From Candidatus Saccharimonadota bacterium (GTDB lineage Bacteria; Bacteroidota; Bacteroidia; Flavobacteriales; Blattabacteriaceae): a DNA stretch of 32,000 nt. Of this stretch, positions 29,726-32,000 are shown piece after piece. The position numbers and the translations under genes are program-made. The stretch is from the NCBI RefSeq assembly GCF_014252415.1, contig NZ_CP059223.1, positions 60,001 to 92,000 of the forward strand, given 5' to 3'. Every line of letters begins with the position of its first letter. Within the stretch, counting starts at the first letter, position 1. Below the pieces are notes generated by a model. The model had not been told where the DNA came from. It saw only the letters and a list, made by a program, of their open reading frames with translations, and made no database searches.

Positions 29726-30423
29726 TAAAAAATTTTTCTTAAAAATAATGATCCTATAAAATAACCGGATAAAATTCCTCCTATATGTGCAAAATGAGCA
29801 ACTCCTGGTGATATATTAAAAATAGTAGAAATAAAACTACCAAAAACAAAAATTAATAATGCTTTTCTAACTTTTATTGGAAAAGGAAATGGTAATATAA
29901 AAATTTTATGTTCTGGAAAAATTCTTGCAAATGCTCCTACTATACCACTAATTGCACCAGAAGCTCCCATCATAGGAGAATAAAGTGAATTATAAATAAG
30001 AATTTTTTTTTCTTCACTTAAATAATTAATAATATTATTGATTTTATAAATATTTAGGGTTTCTATAAAATAGAATATTAAAATAGTATTAAATAAAATT
30101 TGTATAAAAGCAGCAATAATACCTGATAAAAAATATAGAATAATAAATTTTTTAAATCCTAGTAAAGATTCTATTTGTCCTCCAAACATAAATAACGCTA
30201 ACATATTAAATATTATATGTAGAAAAAGATTCTTAGAATGTATGAACATATGTGTAAATATTTGATAAATATGAAATTTATCATATAATGGATGATATAA
30301 AGAAAATATATTTTCCATTCTATATTGAGGAAAAACATATATAGCTGTATATACTAGTATATTAATACTAATTAAATGTTTTACAGCATTAGAGTTGTAA
30401 TTAAAATTTGTATAAAAATTCAC
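29722..30423 (-). CDS. Rhomboid-family intramembrane serine protease
   Basis: Polytopic 233-aa protein with an HxxxxHxxxN-like helix ([17 protein letters not shown]), the catalytic GxSG motif (MGASGAISG) and a downstream His (AHIGGILSG). The start is GTG at 30423; the next Met would delete the first TM helix. Confidence 0.75.
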   Translation of the reverse strand: MNFYTNFNYNSNAVKHLISINILVYTAIYVFPQYRMENIFSLYHPLYDKFHIYQIFTHMFIHSKNLFLHIIFNMLALFMFGGQIESLLGFKKFIILYFLSGIIAAFIQILFNTILIFYFIETLNIYKINNIINYLSEEKKILIYNSLYSPMMGASGAISGIVGAFARIFPEHKIFILPFPFPIKVRKALLIFVFGSFISTIFNISPGVAHFAHIGGILSGYFIGSLFLRKIFY

Positions 30424-32000
30424 TGTTTAAAAATTTTTTTAAAAAAACTTTTATTAAAAAAAATAACAATAGGTTTATTGTAACGATAAGTTTCATAAAT
30501 TTTTTTACATAAAAAAAGATCTTTTACAAGATTAATCATTTGATTCTGATTCAATTTTAATCCATATTTGATATATGATAATTTTAATATAGATTTAATA
30601 ATAATTTTTTCTATATTATTATCTTTTATATTTATAAAATTATTTTTCAATATATTCAATATATTTTTTATAATTTTAATTGAAGTATTTCTTGTTAATT
30701 TATTGGGAATAAAATCCAAATATAGACTTTCATTAGAAAAATATAAATGAAACCCTATATTTTTTAAATTATTTTTGAAATTATTAATCAAAATTAATTC
30801 ATTTTTTGATAATTCTATTTTTATAGGCGGATTTATTTCTTTACAAACTATTTTCTTTTTAAAAAAAGATTCAAATAAAATATTTTGATATGCTCTATAT
30901 TGATCTATTAAAATTAAATTCTTATCATGTATAATAATTATATATTTATTATCAATTTGATAAATTTTTTGATATATATTTTTACATATAATGATATTTT
31001 TTATATAATTATGTTTTAATTTTTCTGATTTATCATTTGTATCTTTAATTAATAATTCCAATTGATTAATTATATTTTTTTCATCATATTTATGATTAAT
31101 AAATTTATCTTCATCATTGAAAATATTGTTTTCATTTTTATTATAAAAAGTAATGCTATCTGAATTATTAATATTATTTTTTTTTATTTGAAATCGATTA
31201 AATAAAATATTTTTAATTTTATTAGAAATCGTTAATCCTATAATTTTTTCATTTTCCATTTCTATTTGTACTTCCTTTTTTGTAGGATGTACATTCCAAT
31301 TTAATAAATTGGAATTTATTTCTATAAATATGAAATAAGAAATAGTTTTTATATTTTTTATAAAATTTTTATAAGACCGAATAATATTTTTATGTAAAAA
31401 AAAATTTGTTATACTACGTTTATTTATTAATAATAATTTATATCCTTTTTTAGATGAATAATAATTAGGTATACTAATAAATCCTTTTATAATAAAATTA
31501 TTTTTTTTTATAAAAAAATATTTTAATTTTTGATAATTTATTTTTAAAATTTCAATTATTCTTGTTTTTAATGAATCATTTTTATTTAGAAAAAAAATCA
31601 TTTTATTATTGTTATAAAAACGATACGTAATATCTCTATGTGCTAAAACTATTTTATAAAATTCATTTATAATATGATTAAATTCTACATTAGAAGATTT
31701 TAAAAAAATTTTTCTAGAAGGAAATCGATAAAAAATATTTTTTACAGATATTCTAGTTCCTTTCTTCATATCTAATAATGTTTCTCTTTTTATTTTTCCA
31801 TTTTCTATAAATAAATGTATTCCTAATAAATTATTACTTTTTGTTTGGATTTCTAATTGAGAAATCATAGATATTGATGATAAAGCTTCACCTCTAAATC
31901 CTTTAGTATTAATGTTATATAAATCTTTTGTAGATCTTATTTTAGAAGTAGCATACCTTTTAATACTCATTCTAGCATCAAAATGATTCATTCCATTACC
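30420..32000 (-). CDS. mutL: DNA mismatch repair protein MutL. The 5' end (GHKL ATPase motif I) lies beyond the window edge.
   Basis: The frame stays open to nt 32000 (..GNGMNHFDA.., matching the DxGxG region). Also KRYATSKI, GFRGEALSSI, FYRFPSRKIFLKS and NVHPTKKEV motifs. The C-terminal dimerisation domain is very diverged. The TGA stop overlaps the rhomboid start by 4 nt. Confidence 0.85.
   Translation of the reverse strand, partial: GNGMNHFDARMSIKRYATSKIRSTKDLYNINTKGFRGEALSSISMISQLEIQTKSNNLLGIHLFIENGKIKRETLLDMKKGTRISVKNIFYRFPSRKIFLKSSNVEFNHIINEFYKIVLAHRDITYRFYNNNKMIFFLNKNDSLKTRIIEILKINYQKLKYFFIKKNNFIIKGFISIPNYYSSKKGYKLLLINKRSITNFFLHKNIIRSYKNFIKNIKTISYFIFIEINSNLLNWNVHPTKKEVQIEMENEKIIGLTISNKIKNILFNRFQIKKNNINNSDSITFYNKNENNIFNDEDKFINHKYDEKNIINQLELLIKDTNDKSEKLKHNYIKNIIICKNIYQKIYQIDNKYIIIIHDKNLILIDQYRAYQNILFESFFKKKIVCKEINPPIKIELSKNELILINNFKNNLKNIGFHLYFSNESLYLDFIPNKLTRNTSIKIIKNILNILKNNFINIKDNNIEKIIIKSILKLSYIKYGLKLNQNQMINLVKDLFLCKKIYETYRYNKPIVIFFNKSFFKKIFKQ

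Overview
This window is extremely AT-rich, gene-dense bacterial DNA. By hand spot counts, genes are about 20-25% G+C and the longest spacer is about 9% G+C. It uses the standard genetic code: every conserved protein is full length with TGA as a stop, and Trp is encoded by TGG. All long ORFs are recognisable housekeeping genes. From left to right they are:
- the Alternative Complex III operon, actB (5' end cut by the window edge), actC, actD, actE and actF;
- a minus-strand trkA/trkH K+ uptake pair and tsaB;
- nadE, folE, cysS, and a minus-strand cystathionine beta-lyase/gamma-synthase family gene;
- atpB-E-F-H-A-G, followed directly by trpS;
- grpE-dnaJ-mnmA;
- the branched-chain amino-acid block ilvD-ilvB-ilvN-ilvC;
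- a minus-strand tRNA-Leu(GAG);
- dapB and lepB;
- a minus-strand rhomboid protease gene and mutL (5' end beyond the window).

Several features point to a Bacteroidota/Flavobacteriales obligate insect nutritional endosymbiont (Sulcia- or Blattabacterium-like): the act operon, atpBEFHAG without atpDC, ilvDBNC order, grpE-dnaJ without dnaK, a large LepB, and no Shine-Dalgarno-like purine tracts before start codons. I cannot fix the exact taxon without a database search.

I see no mobile elements, CRISPR arrays, defence or toxin-antitoxin genes, and no unassigned long ORFs, so I find no convincing evidence for a novel multi-gene system. The points worth a second look are smaller:
- a 420-bp gene-free spacer of about 9% G+C in a genome whose neighbouring genes abut or overlap;
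- apparent erosion of the MutL endonuclease metal-site motifs while the N-terminal domain stays conserved;
- a DnaJ with only one of the two canonical zinc centres;
- long in-frame poly(A) tracts;
- convergent genes sharing back-to-back stop codons;
- a minimal ACT-only IlvN;
- a 15-bp in-frame tandem duplication in lepB.

All antisense ORFs in the supplied track look like compositional shadows.
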